Assembly (NCBI GenBank): GCA_030693425.1
Contig: JAUYAM010000002.1
Span: forward strand, 384,632 to 448,631
Source of the DNA: a bacterium
Lineage (GTDB): Bacteria; Patescibacteriota; Minisyncoccia; Minisyncoccales; GWA2-46-15
Reading direction: 5' to 3'
DNA length: 64,000 bases
The notes below the pieces were generated by a model. The model was not told where the DNA came from, made no database searches, and was given only the letters and a program-made list of their open reading frames with translations. The translations under genes were made by a program, and so were the position numbers. Numbering within the stretch: the stretch's first letter is position 1; every line of letters begins with the position of its first letter. Shown piece after piece: positions 43,996-53,800 of this stretch.

Positions 43996-46851
43996 TCATT
44001 TTCCAAGAACGTTTTTTAAATACTCTCCGGTATAGCTCCTTTTGCTTTTGATAATCTCTAAGGGCGTTCCTTCGGCTACTATATATCCTCCCTCGTCTCC
44101 TCCTTCTGGTCCTAAATCTATCACATAATCTGCATTTTTCACTACGTCTAATTCATGTTCTATACAAATCACGGTATTGCCTCGATTAACCAATTCTTTT
44201 AAAACATATAAGAGTTTTTTGATGTCATCGGGGTGGAGACCGGTAGTTGGTTCATCTAAAATATATAGGCTCTTGCCGGTAGCTTTTTTGGAAAGTTCAG
44301 CTGCTAATTTTACCCGCTGGGCCTCTCCGCCAGAAAGAGAAACTGCCGGCTGGCCCAATTCAATATAGCCCAAACCGACATTATTCAGGGTCTTCAGCTT
44401 CTGAACCAATGCCGGAATGTTCTTGAAAAAGCCTAGGGCTTCCTCGATTGTCATTTCCAAGACTTGAGCGATGTTCTTGCCGCGAGCCTCGCCGGCAGGA
44501 ATATATTCTACCGCCAGGGTTTCCTGATTAAACCTTTTACCCTTACATTCCTGGCATTCCTGATAAACGTCCGGCAAAAAGTACATCTCGATTTTGATCT
44601 CGCCTTGGCCTTCGCAAGCCTCGCACCTCCCCCCTTTGACGTTAAAGCTGAACCTGCCCGGCCGATAACCCTTTATTCTGGCTTCTCTAGTTTTGGAAAA
44701 AAGATCCCTGATATGGGAAAAGGCTCCGCTATAGGTTGCCGGATTGGATCTGGGAGTCCGGCCTATCGGCGACTGGTCAACCAGAACCACTTTATCGAGA
44801 TGCTCCAATCCCAAAATTATCTGGTGCTTCCCCGGTTCTTCCTTGGCTCGGTAAAACTTTTTCATCAAAGCTTTAGCTAAAATATCGTTCATCAAAGAGC
44901 TTTTCCCAGAACCAGAAACGCCAGTAATGCAAACAAATCTCCCTAAAGGAATTTTCACATCAATGCTTTTCAGGTTGTGCTCTTTTGCACCTTTTATCAC
45001 CAAATTTTTTTGTTCTTGTTTAACTTGTTTAACCCCTGAGGTTAAACATTTTGAAATCTCAACTGTTTTCCTGCCAGCCAAATAGTCCCCGGTTAAGGTT
45101 TTGCTTTTTAAAAGCTGTTTTGGCGTGCCCGAAAAAACAACCTTACCGCCGTGCTTGCCGGCTCCAGGGCCAATATCAATTATCCAATCTGCTGCCTCAA
45201 TTGCTTGTTTGCTGTGCTCTACTATTATGATAGTGTTTCCTAAATCCCTTAATTTTTTCAGGGCCCGGATAAGTCTTTGCTGGTCTCTGACGTGCAAGCC
45301 AACCGAAGGCTCGTCAAGAATGTAGAGAACGCCTGTCAGCTGGCTGCCCAGCTGGGTTGCCAATCTTATCCTCTGCTCTTCTCCCCCGGCCAGGGTAGAA
45401 GCCTTTCTGGACAAAGACAGATAATCAAGGCCAACGTCAATGAGAAACTGGAGTCTGTTCAAGATTTCTTTTAAAATCGGCTGGGAAACTTTTTTCTGCC
45501 GCAAAGTCAACGATTTCTTTAAAAGAAGGTTTTCAAAAAGCTTCCGGCAGTCGGCAATGCTCATGTCCACGGCCTTGTCAATTGAAAGGCCCGAAACCGT
45601 GACAGCCAGAGCTTCTGGTTTCAGTCTTTTTTCCTGACATTCTTCGCAAAGCCTTTCCGCCATATACTGTCCGATTTCAGCTCGAGCGTAGTCTGAATCG
45701 GTCTGATGATACCTTCTCTCCAGCCAAGGAATAACTCCTTCCATGTTCTTGTCTCCGTAAAGAATGCTCTTGACTGCCTCTTTTGAGAGTTCTTTCACGG
45801 GTATATCTAAAGGAACTTTGTGCTTTTCCGAGAGATTTTGAAGCCGCCGCCAGAAAAACCCCTGCCTGCCGGTTTTATGTGAAGCGTGGGCCCAGGGAAA
45901 AATCGCCCCTTCTCCCAGAGTCAGATTTGGATTAGGAATGACCAGTTTCGGATCTACCTCAAGCCTTTCCCCCAAACCCTGGCAAGCCGGACAGGCGCCG
46001 TAAGGAGAATTGAAGGAGAAAAGACGAGGCTCGATTTCAGGCAACGATACTCCGCATTCCTCGCAGGCAAAGTGCTCGCTGAAAATCAGGTCCTCATTTT
46101 CGGATTTTGCACTTTGCGGTTTGCGCTTTACGCTAACAATCGCTACCCCTTTTCCGAGCTTTAAGGCCGTTTCCAAAGAATCCACCAGCCTGGATTTGTC
46201 TAAACTTTTGTCAATCACCAATCTGTCAACAACAACTTCAATGTCATGCTTTCTTTTCCCGTCAAGGGCTTTTCCCAAAGCTTCTTCGATCCTGTAAACA
46301 ATGCCGTCAATCCTGACCCTGACAAAACCGGCTCTTTTAATTTCTTCCAAAACGCCTGAGTGCTCGCCTTTTTTGCTCCTGATGACCGGCCCCAAAATCA
46401 TGATCTCTGTTCTTTTAGGCAGCCGGTAAACTTGTAAAGCTATCTGGTCAATCGTCTGCCTGCCTACTTTTTTGCCGCACTTTGGGCAATGAGGCTCTCC
46501 GGCTCTGGCGAATAAAAGCCTCAAATAATCATATATCTCGGTGATGGTGCCGACAGTAGATCTCGGGTTATGGCTTGCTTTTCTCTGGTCAATAGCAATA
46601 GCCGGGGAAATCCCTTCAATCTTGTCAACGTCGGGCTTTTGCAAAACACCCAAAAACTGTCTGGCATAGGCAGACAGAGATTCTAAATACCTTCTTTGCC
46701 CCTCGGCGTAAAGAGTGTCGAAAGCCAGAGAGCTTTTTCCGGAGCCGGAAAGTCCGGTAATGACCACCAATTTATTCTTGGGAATATCAACGTCAATATT
46801 CTGCAAGTTATGCACCCTCGCCCCGCGAATTTTAATGAAGTTTTCCGGCAT
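43996..46851 (-). CDS. uvrA: Excinuclease ABC subunit A
   Basis: Two ABC modules ([14 protein letters not shown].., [10 protein letters not shown]..), zinc fingers CPKCGK and CEACEGQG. Confidence 0.97.
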   Translation of the reverse strand: MPENFIKIRGARVHNLQNIDVDIPKNKLVVITGLSGSGKSSLAFDTLYAEGQRRYLESLSAYARQFLGVLQKPDVDKIEGISPAIAIDQRKASHNPRSTVGTITEIYDYLRLLFARAGEPHCPKCGKKVGRQTIDQIALQVYRLPKRTEIMILGPVIRSKKGEHSGVLEEIKRAGFVRVRIDGIVYRIEEALGKALDGKRKHDIEVVVDRLVIDKSLDKSRLVDSLETALKLGKGVAIVSVKRKPQSAKSENEDLIFSEHFACEECGVSLPEIEPRLFSFNSPYGACPACQGLGERLEVDPKLVIPNPNLTLGEGAIFPWAHASHKTGRQGFFWRRLQNLSEKHKVPLDIPVKELSKEAVKSILYGDKNMEGVIPWLERRYHQTDSDYARAEIGQYMAERLCEECQEKRLKPEALAVTVSGLSIDKAVDMSIADCRKLFENLLLKKSLTLRQKKVSQPILKEILNRLQFLIDVGLDYLSLSRKASTLAGGEEQRIRLATQLGSQLTGVLYILDEPSVGLHVRDQQRLIRALKKLRDLGNTIIIVEHSKQAIEAADWIIDIGPGAGKHGGKVVFSGTPKQLLKSKTLTGDYLAGRKTVEISKCLTSGVKQVKQEQKNLVIKGAKEHNLKSIDVKIPLGRFVCITGVSGSGKSSLMNDILAKALMKKFYRAKEEPGKHQIILGLEHLDKVVLVDQSPIGRTPRSNPATYSGAFSHIRDLFSKTREARIKGYRPGRFSFNVKGGRCEACEGQGEIKIEMYFLPDVYQECQECKGKRFNQETLAVEYIPAGEARGKNIAQVLEMTIEEALGFFKNIPALVQKLKTLNNVGLGYIELGQPAVSLSGGEAQRVKLAAELSKKATGKSLYILDEPTTGLHPDDIKKLLYVLKELVNRGNTVICIEHELDVVKNADYVIDLGPEGGDEGGYIVAEGTPLEIIKSKRSYTGEYLKNVLGK

Positions 46852-46872
46852 TTATTGATGAGTTTAAGTCAA

Positions 46873-47022
46873 GCCCCGTAGGAAATGGGATATTTTCCGT
46901 ACTCAGATTGATTGCCTGACGATTCCAGATAACCAGGCTTAGAAATGAAGAAAGGGTTTTTGAAGAGAAAATATCCCGCTCATTCTGTTGACCACGAAAA
47001 CCCCTATGATTTCCTACGGGGC
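46873..47022 (-). ncRNA. Structured 5' leader of uvrA (long-range helices; candidate cis-regulatory RNA)
   Basis: Perfect 14-bp pairing 46873-46886/47009-47022 and perfect 11-bp pairing 46887-46897/46967-46977; lies between a consensus promoter and the uvrA ATG. Confidence 0.45.
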
Positions 47023-47036
47023 AAGGCAATAGGCGC

Positions 47037-47065
47037 ATTATACCTTAATTTTAAAAGCTTTTCAA
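47037..47065 (-). promoter_or_regulatory. Near-consensus sigma-70 promoter directed toward uvrA
   Basis: Minus strand TTGAAA-17 nt-TATAAT. Confidence 0.65.
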
Positions 47066-47069
47066 TATT

Positions 47070-47099
47070 ATGTACTGGTTCATGACATATGATACACTT
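47070..47099 (+). repeat. 30-nt box ATGTACTGGTTCATGACATATGATACACTT (copy 2 of 2)
   Basis: Identical to 10751-10780. Confidence 0.85.
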
Positions 47100-47123
47100 T
47101 GGCGATCCGAGCTGTTACCTGGT

Positions 47124-47226
47124 AGTTGCTTAACCCGGCTAAGCAACTCCAAGTAAACCAACAGTAGTTGCTTAATAGTTGCTTAACCCGGTTAAGCAAC
47201 TCTAGGCAACTCCGGTCAAGTAACTC
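47124..47226. repeat. Array of AGTTGCTTAAC / GTTAAGCAACT boxes (two palindromes plus extra half-sites)
   Basis: 47124-47148 (one mismatch), 47166-47176 half-site, perfect 24/25-nt palindrome at 47177-47201, degenerate boxes at 47205-47213 and 47218-47226. Confidence 0.8.
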
Positions 47227-47263
47227 AAATGATAAACAGAGTTGAAAATGATGCGAAATTGAT

Positions 47264-47289
47264 CTTGTGCGAAGCCCGGCTTCGCACAA
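47264..47289. repeat. Perfect hairpin TTGTGCGAAGC-CCG-GCTTCGCACAA
   Basis: 11-bp stem; related hairpin TTGTGC.AGGC/GCCT.GCACAA at 20369-20393. Confidence 0.7.
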
Positions 47290-47332
47290 ACACTCGGCGG
47301 CGCTTACCTTAAGTGATATAATTGATTAAGAA

Positions 47333-48331
47333 ATGACTCGGCTAACTTTTGCCAAAATCTTCGCTTTTCTTGTTTGCTTAACCCTGATTTTAATTGGAAT
47401 GTTTTTTGTTTTAAAACCGGCTGTTTTTGATTTCCGGGCATCAACAACTCCCGCGCCGGAGCCGGAAAAACCGATTATCCTTTTATTCGCCGGTGACATC
47501 ATGCTCGACCGAGGCGTGGAATACATGGTCGGAAAATACGGAGAAAACGATTTTTCTTTCCCTTTTCTGAAAATTTCAGAAAGAACCAGGCAAGCCGATC
47601 TGGCTATTGCCAACCTTGAAAGCCAAATTTCAGACAAAGGCGAAAAACAAGGCTCTATTTATTCTTTCCGGGCAGAGCCTGGAGCCATTGAAGGGTTAAA
47701 GCTGTCCGGCTTTGACATTTTGTCTCTGGCCAACAACCACAGTTTTGACTACGGTAAAGAGGCTCTTCAAGACAGCCTGAACCGACTGATTGACGTCGGG
47801 ATTTCTCCGCTCGGGGCTGGAACCGAAAGCCAGGCTTTTTCCCCGACAATCAAAACAGTCGATAAAACCAAATTTGCCTTTTTTGCCTACGCAGACGAAA
47901 GCCCGTCTTCTTGGAAAGCCAAAGGTGAGAGCTTTGGTATCGCCTCAATCTCAAAAGAAAATCTCGAAAGGATAAAACAAGATATCAAGCTGGCAAAAGA
48001 ATTGGCAGACCTGGTCATTGTCTCTTTCCACTGGGGAGAAGAATATGCCAAAGAGCCCAGCCAGCATCAAAAGGATCTGGCAAAAACAGTCATTGACGCC
48101 GGAGCAGACCTGGTTGTCGGCTCCCACCCTCACGTCATCCAAAGCTCGGAAACATACAATGGCCGTTATATCTTTTACAGTTTAGGGAATTTTGTCTTTG
48201 ACCAGGGTTTTTCTGAAGAAACTCTTGAAGGAGAAATTCTCGAAGTCACTATCCAGGACAAAAAGATTAAAAAAGTCTCCCCAACTAAGATAAAGATTAA
48301 TGAGTTTTTCCAGCCGGAAATTGCGCTATAG
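47333..48331 (+). CDS. CapA/PgsA-family metallophosphatase-like protein (poly-gamma-glutamate synthesis type)
   Basis: FAGDIMLDRG, NLESQI, LANNHSFDYG, GSHPHV motifs; extended -10 TGATATAAT upstream. Confidence 0.8.
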   Translation: MTRLTFAKIFAFLVCLTLILIGMFFVLKPAVFDFRASTTPAPEPEKPIILLFAGDIMLDRGVEYMVGKYGENDFSFPFLKISERTRQADLAIANLESQISDKGEKQGSIYSFRAEPGAIEGLKLSGFDILSLANNHSFDYGKEALQDSLNRLIDVGISPLGAGTESQAFSPTIKTVDKTKFAFFAYADESPSSWKAKGESFGIASISKENLERIKQDIKLAKELADLVIVSFHWGEEYAKEPSQHQKDLAKTVIDAGADLVVGSHPHVIQSSETYNGRYIFYSLGNFVFDQGFSEETLEGEILEVTIQDKKIKKVSPTKIKINEFFQPEIAL

Positions 48332-48380
48332 CAAGCAGTATGCTCGATATATCGAATCCTATTCGCTATAATATAAGAAT

Positions 48381-50735
48381 ATGAAAAAACCGCTTAAAAT
48401 CATCCTCTTGGCAGCCTTAATCTCTCTTGTTTTTGCCGGCGGCCTGCCTTGGGCTCAAGCTGAATATCCGGAAAATATCAAAAGGCTTTTGGAGCAGATA
48501 ATTGACTTAAAAGCCCAGATTGCCAGGCTCCAGGTCCAGCTCATCCAGCTTCAGGGAAAAATCCCTTCTTACGAGAACGTGCCGGCCGGCTTTGCTTTTA
48601 GCAAAGATTTGAAATCCCAAGACTACAGCGATGAAGTCAAGCACCTCCAGACAATCCTTAAAAAAGAAGGTTTTTTCTGCCAGAAATGTCAGACCACCGG
48701 CTATTTCGGCTACTGGACCGAAACAGCGGTCAAGGCTTTTCAGGAAAAATACGCTTCAGAAATCCTGAACCTCACCGGCCAGGCAAAAGGATCGGGCATA
48801 GTCGACAAAGCCACCCAGGCAAAGCTAAATTCGCTTTTAGTTTCAACGGCAAAAAACCCTTTGACTCCTTCGCCTAGCCCATCTCCCTCGCCTTCTCCCA
48901 GCCCTTCGGTTTCGCCATCGCCGTCAGCGTCGCCTTCTCCCAGCCCGTCATTGTCGCCGTCGCCCTCGCCAACTGTCTTTAACTTTGATTTATCTGTCAG
49001 TCCGCCCTCATACTCTGCCAGCCAGGGAACACAGACAACAACCAATGTTTATGCGGTTTCCAACACCGGCCACAGCTATCCGGTTTCTTTTTCCGTCACC
49101 GGTTTGCCGAACAATGTCACCTCTTCTTTCTCTTCAATCAGCTGCTACTTGAATTGTTCCTCGGTTTTATCGATTTCCACCTCTTCTTCAACGCCAGCCG
49201 GCGCTTATCCTATTTCTATTATTGGAACCGCCAATAACTTAACGAGAAGTGCCGTTTTTTCTTTAACCGTCACCACCGCTATTTCCGCTCCCCAGGCAAC
49301 GACCAACGAAGCAAGCAGCGTCCAGATCAGCCAGGCTCAGTTAAACGGGAACATTGTTTCTTTTGGGGGAACTAGCCCGGCTTGGATCTGGTTCGAATGG
49401 GGGCCAACGATCGCTTACGGCAATGCCACCGTCTGGAAAGAGATAACGAGTCCGGCCTCTTTTTCTGAAACAATTGCTAACCTGATTCCCGGCACCACCT
49501 ACCATTTTAGGGCGGCAATCCGCACTACTGCCGGCGGCACTGCCTACGGCCAAAAGCAGACTTTCAGCACCCTGCCCGCTCCCGCCATTGATCTGAAGGC
49601 AAACAGTTCTGACGGCCCGATCACCATTTCCTACAACGCTAGCGCCAATCTTTCCTGGGCTTCAACCGGTGTTACCAGCTGCACTGCCTCGGGCGGCTGG
49701 TCGGGAACTAAAGCAATTCAAGGGTCAGAAAACACCGGCGCCCTAACCAACTCAAAAACATACACCCTCACCTGCTCTTCTACTGCCGGTCAGGCGTCGG
49801 ACTCGGTCACTATCAATGTTCTACCCCAACCCACCCCGGTCAGCCCAAAAGTCTATCTTTTGATTTTTAACCCCGTCATTGAATCTGAGGGGAATAAAAA
49901 GCTGACTGTTTTTAAGGGTTGGAACGACCCTGACCAATTAAGCCAACAGTATATCCAGGACGTCAAACAAGCTTCTGCCAATCTTGCCAACTACCAGATT
50001 TCCGAAAGGCTGGAAGCAGATGCCATTTTCCGCCTCAAAGACGGCTATCAGTATACCGACGAGTCTTATCTTCAGTGCCTGAACAACAACTCTACTTGCC
50101 ATACTCCTTGGGAAGTTGACTACAATTTAATTCTCAGTACTTATAACATCTGTGAAAAACTGAACAGCGGCCTTATTGACGAACTCTGGCTTTTCGGCGG
50201 ACCGTGGTTCGGATACTACGAGTCTAGATTAGCCGGACCAGGAGCTTTTTGGTACAACTCCCCGCCCCTGACCGGCACTACCTGCAATAAGCTCCTGCCG
50301 ATTATGGGCTTTAATTACGAAAGAGGAGTGTCGGAAATGCTCGAGGACCTCGGCCACCGAACAGAATCAACAATGTGGCACGTCTACGGCTCGTGGAATA
50401 ACACCCTGTCTGACCACGCCTGGAATATTTATACTCATTACGATAAAACTACGCCGGGCCAGGCTCGCTGCGGCAACGTCCATTACGCCCCGAATAGCCA
50501 ATCGGATTACGATTGGAGCAATGCCGGTTATGTCGATTCTTACTGCGGCGACTGGTATAATTACCCCAACTTGATTGGCGCAAGGCAAAACATTAATTGC
50601 TCGGCTTGGAACTGCGATTCTCGCAGTTACCACAAGTGGTGGCTAAGCCACCTGCCCCGCGCCTCCGGAACCAGCTCGGGCAAGCTCAACAACTGGTGGA
50701 AATATATCGCCGATTACAATAATATTTCTCAATAG
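48381..50735 (+). CDS. Secreted surface protein: signal peptide, coiled coil, PG-binding-like domain, SP-rich linker, Ig/Fn-like domains, unknown C-terminal domain
   Basis: LKAQIARLQVQLIQLQ coiled coil; DEVKHLQTILKKEGFF..TGYFGYWT..AFQEKY. Confidence 0.8.
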   Translation: MKKPLKIILLAALISLVFAGGLPWAQAEYPENIKRLLEQIIDLKAQIARLQVQLIQLQGKIPSYENVPAGFAFSKDLKSQDYSDEVKHLQTILKKEGFFCQKCQTTGYFGYWTETAVKAFQEKYASEILNLTGQAKGSGIVDKATQAKLNSLLVSTAKNPLTPSPSPSPSPSPSPSVSPSPSASPSPSPSLSPSPSPTVFNFDLSVSPPSYSASQGTQTTTNVYAVSNTGHSYPVSFSVTGLPNNVTSSFSSISCYLNCSSVLSISTSSSTPAGAYPISIIGTANNLTRSAVFSLTVTTAISAPQATTNEASSVQISQAQLNGNIVSFGGTSPAWIWFEWGPTIAYGNATVWKEITSPASFSETIANLIPGTTYHFRAAIRTTAGGTAYGQKQTFSTLPAPAIDLKANSSDGPITISYNASANLSWASTGVTSCTASGGWSGTKAIQGSENTGALTNSKTYTLTCSSTAGQASDSVTINVLPQPTPVSPKVYLLIFNPVIESEGNKKLTVFKGWNDPDQLSQQYIQDVKQASANLANYQISERLEADAIFRLKDGYQYTDESYLQCLNNNSTCHTPWEVDYNLILSTYNICEKLNSGLIDELWLFGGPWFGYYESRLAGPGAFWYNSPPLTGTTCNKLLPIMGFNYERGVSEMLEDLGHRTESTMWHVYGSWNNTLSDHAWNIYTHYDKTTPGQARCGNVHYAPNSQSDYDWSNAGYVDSYCGDWYNYPNLIGARQNINCSAWNCDSRSYHKWWLSHLPRASGTSSGKLNNWWKYIADYNNISQ
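48866..48972 (+). repeat. Coding low-complexity Ser-Pro repeat (linker)
   Basis: Translates to PSPSPSPSPSPSPSVSPSPSASPSPSPSLSPSPSP. Confidence 0.9.
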
Positions 50736-50825
50736 CCAAAACCTTCTCCTTAATACCCGTAATTGACATTATTGGCCGGGGGGGTATATTGAGGGCAGAA
50801 GAGCATAATAAATTAAGCTTAAAAT

Positions 50826-53800
50826 ATGGCAAAACGAATCTCAAAAATCGTTTTTATCCTAATAATCTCGGGGGTTTTTAGTTTAGCTGTAAGCCCCTCT
50901 TTGGCACGGGCAATTACAAGCCAAGAGATTTTAGATCAAATAGCACAACTTCAAGCCCAAATTGTTGCTTTGCAGCAGCAATTACAGCAATTGCCAGGCA
51001 CAACTGCGGTTTGGTGCCACGATTTTAATACTAATTTAAAATATGGTGATGCTGGCGGTACGGAAGTTGATGCTCTTCATGTTGCTCTGGAAAAACAAGG
51101 GTTCGACATCAATGAAGACGAATTTGCCAATAACGTATTTGGCGAATACACCGCTTCAGCTGTGGTTGGCTTTCAGGTAAAATACTCTTCAGAAATATTG
51201 ACGCCTTTGGGGTTGAAATACGGCACTGGCTTTGTCGGCAAGGCAACCAGAGAAAAACTGAACAAGCTTTATGGCTGTATTCTCCCGCCAACAACGAGAC
51301 CTTTATATCAAGTGGAGGTATTTAATGAGATGGGAGATTGGAGTAAGACATTGACGCGCGGCACAAAATACACTTTTGTCGGGAAAATCTCTAATGGGAA
51401 GCCGAATTCGCAGATACTCTTTTACCTTCAAAGACCAGACGGGACAATGGAATATAATGGTTTATTTGACTGGCCGCCGGGCTGTTCGGTTGGAGAAGGT
51501 TGCGGTGGTTCACGATTTTCTACTGACGCCAACGGCAACTTCAAGCAAACTATCACGGAAGTTATCCCAAACAACACTCAAACCGGCACCTGGATTTCCT
51601 GGGTGACCGTCGCGGGAAGTATGTCTAATAGGCTATATCATTCTGTAGTTGCTACCGCCGGTCCTTCTATTACCATTCTCTCTCCCAACGGCGGGGAGAA
51701 TTGGGTGATAGGCAAAACCTACTCAATCGTTTGGGAATCGTCAGGTCTAACACCCTCTGATAAAATTTTAATCTCTGCCGTAAGTTCTACGGGGTGGGAA
51801 GGCCACATTGCCTACAATATCCCAGGCAACTTAGGGTTATATTATTGGGCGATTCCGTCTAATTTTGCAGCCGGTTCCTACAAAATTAAACTTGATGCCT
51901 GTAAGCCCACTGGAGAATGCTATTCTGATTTGAGCGATAATTATTTCAGCATTGTTTCAACAGCTACAGGTTCTCTCTACCTTTCTACTTCTCCTGATAC
52001 GCCGCCTGCGCAGAAGATTATAAAAGGAGTCAGCACCACTTTGTTAAAAGCAAAATTCACTGCCAGCAACGTTGAGGATATAAGAATCAATGGTTTTGAT
52101 ATTTATCCGTTTCTGGCGTCAGAGAGTCGCCCAGTGCCGGTCGGGGATGTCGTCAAGTTCAAACTTTACGACGGCGCAGTCCAAATCGGCCTTCCTTGGT
52201 ATTCGCCAAACTCGTCTGGATATGTTGCGGTTACTAATCTCAATTGGGTTATTTCTAAGAATGCGTCAAAAATACTGACGGTCAAAGCCGAAGCATCTTT
52301 AAACAGCACTACCACCGCTTTTAAGCTAGTGATAAATAGCGAAGCTTTGTCTGCCACCGGCCTAAGCTCCAACTCCGCTGTTCAAAAAAGTGGCAGCGCT
52401 GTTGGAAGCGTGATGACTATTATCGGAAATGAAGCAAGTATTACCGTTCTCTCCCCCAACGGCGGAGAGAAATGGATAAAAGGAACGACACAGGCGATCA
52501 AGTGGCAGGACAACACGCCAATTTCGTTATGCGCAACTGGAGCTGGAGCGTCTTGCGTGTCTCCCGCGCCAAAATACTATGACATTAAGTTATTCACCTA
52601 CTATCCGCCGTGCACCGAGACTATTTGCCCCATGAATGTGGTTGCGCCGTCGTATACGATTGCAAAGAGCGTATCCGGTTCTTTATATAGCTGGCCGGTG
52701 GGCAAGGTTTTGGACACAAACAATACTGCTCCCGACGGCTCATACACCATTCAGGTTTGTCAAATCAATTCTACAATCTGCGACTCAAGCAATAGCTACT
52801 TCAAGATTGTAAGCACGGGTGCAAATAATCCCCCTGTTATCAGCGGAATCCCTGCCATACCCTCAGATATCAAAGTCGGCCAATCCGTCTCGTTCAGTTG
52901 GAGCGCGACCGATGCTGATGGCGACAATCTTTCCTGGTCAGTCTCGTGGGGAGACGGAACCGGAATAGCAGAAGTATGCGTGTTGCCCAATCCGCAAAAC
53001 AAACAAGGCTGGACTTTCAAAGCGTCTCATGCCTGGGCAAACGCGGGAACATACACGGTGAAGGCAACAGTAAATGACTGCCGAGGCGGAAGCGCTAATC
53101 ACACGTTCAATGTAACTGTGGGAAGTAATGTTCAGCCTTTCGTTACTGTTATCTCACCAAACGGCGGGGAAACTTTTATAAAAGGGGTGTCTTACACCAT
53201 TAAATGGTCATCAAGCGGTTTTGCTTCAGGCGCCTGGGCCCAGATTCAGCTTCGAAAAGCTGAAAGTCCAGATCAAATAGTAAAAGTTATTGTCACTTCT
53301 ATGCCGATGTCGGCCGGGAGTTATGATTGGACAATTCCTTCTGATGTTCCTGACGGCAAGTATCTTATTTGGATGACTGGCCCAGCGCCGTCTCTGATAG
53401 ACTTCAGCGACGCGCCGTTCAGCATTGTTTCTTCTCCCACTCCTTCCATCACCGTTCTTTCTCCCAACGGAGGGGAACAGTGGAGAGTGGGAAATACCTA
53501 TTCAATCATTTGGGAATCGTCGGGCCTAACACCTTCTGATAATATTTTAATTTCTGCCGTAAGTTCTGCAGGGCAAGAATTCCACATTGCTTATAATATC
53601 GCGGGTAATTTAGGATTATATTATTGGGCGATCCCGTCTAATTTCACAGCCGGTTCCTACAAAATTAAAGTTGAGGGCTGTAAATCTGCTGGGGCGTGCT
53701 ATTCTGATTTGAGCGACAATTATTTCAGCATTACTGCGGCAATAGCCAAGCCTTCCATCACCGTCCTTTCCCCCAATGGCGGGGAGGAATTCAACATCGG

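Noticed and set aside
46832-47038. 68-aa minus-strand ORF upstream of uvrA (also 47080-47289 and 47326-47637)
   Set aside because: It lies in the structured leader and repeat-box region. It has no SD or promoter logic, and its sequence is explained by long-range RNA helices and palindromes.
47041-47312. 8-bp TACCTTAA on both sides of the repeat-box region as a firm target-site duplication
   Set aside because: It is a single 8-mer match found post hoc and could be chance. It is mentioned within a finding but not called as a mobile element.
47037-47332. Canonical DnaA-box cluster at the strand-switch region
   Set aside because: No TTATCCACA-like 9-mers were seen by eye. The repeated 11-mers are a different sequence that also occurs at 10.8 kb, so the origin idea is kept only as a low-confidence hypothesis.
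48866-48972. Short tandem repeat that might be mistaken for a CRISPR-like or VNTR array
   Set aside because: It is in frame within the 784-aa surface protein and encodes a Ser-Pro linker. No spacer/repeat organisation exists anywhere in the window.
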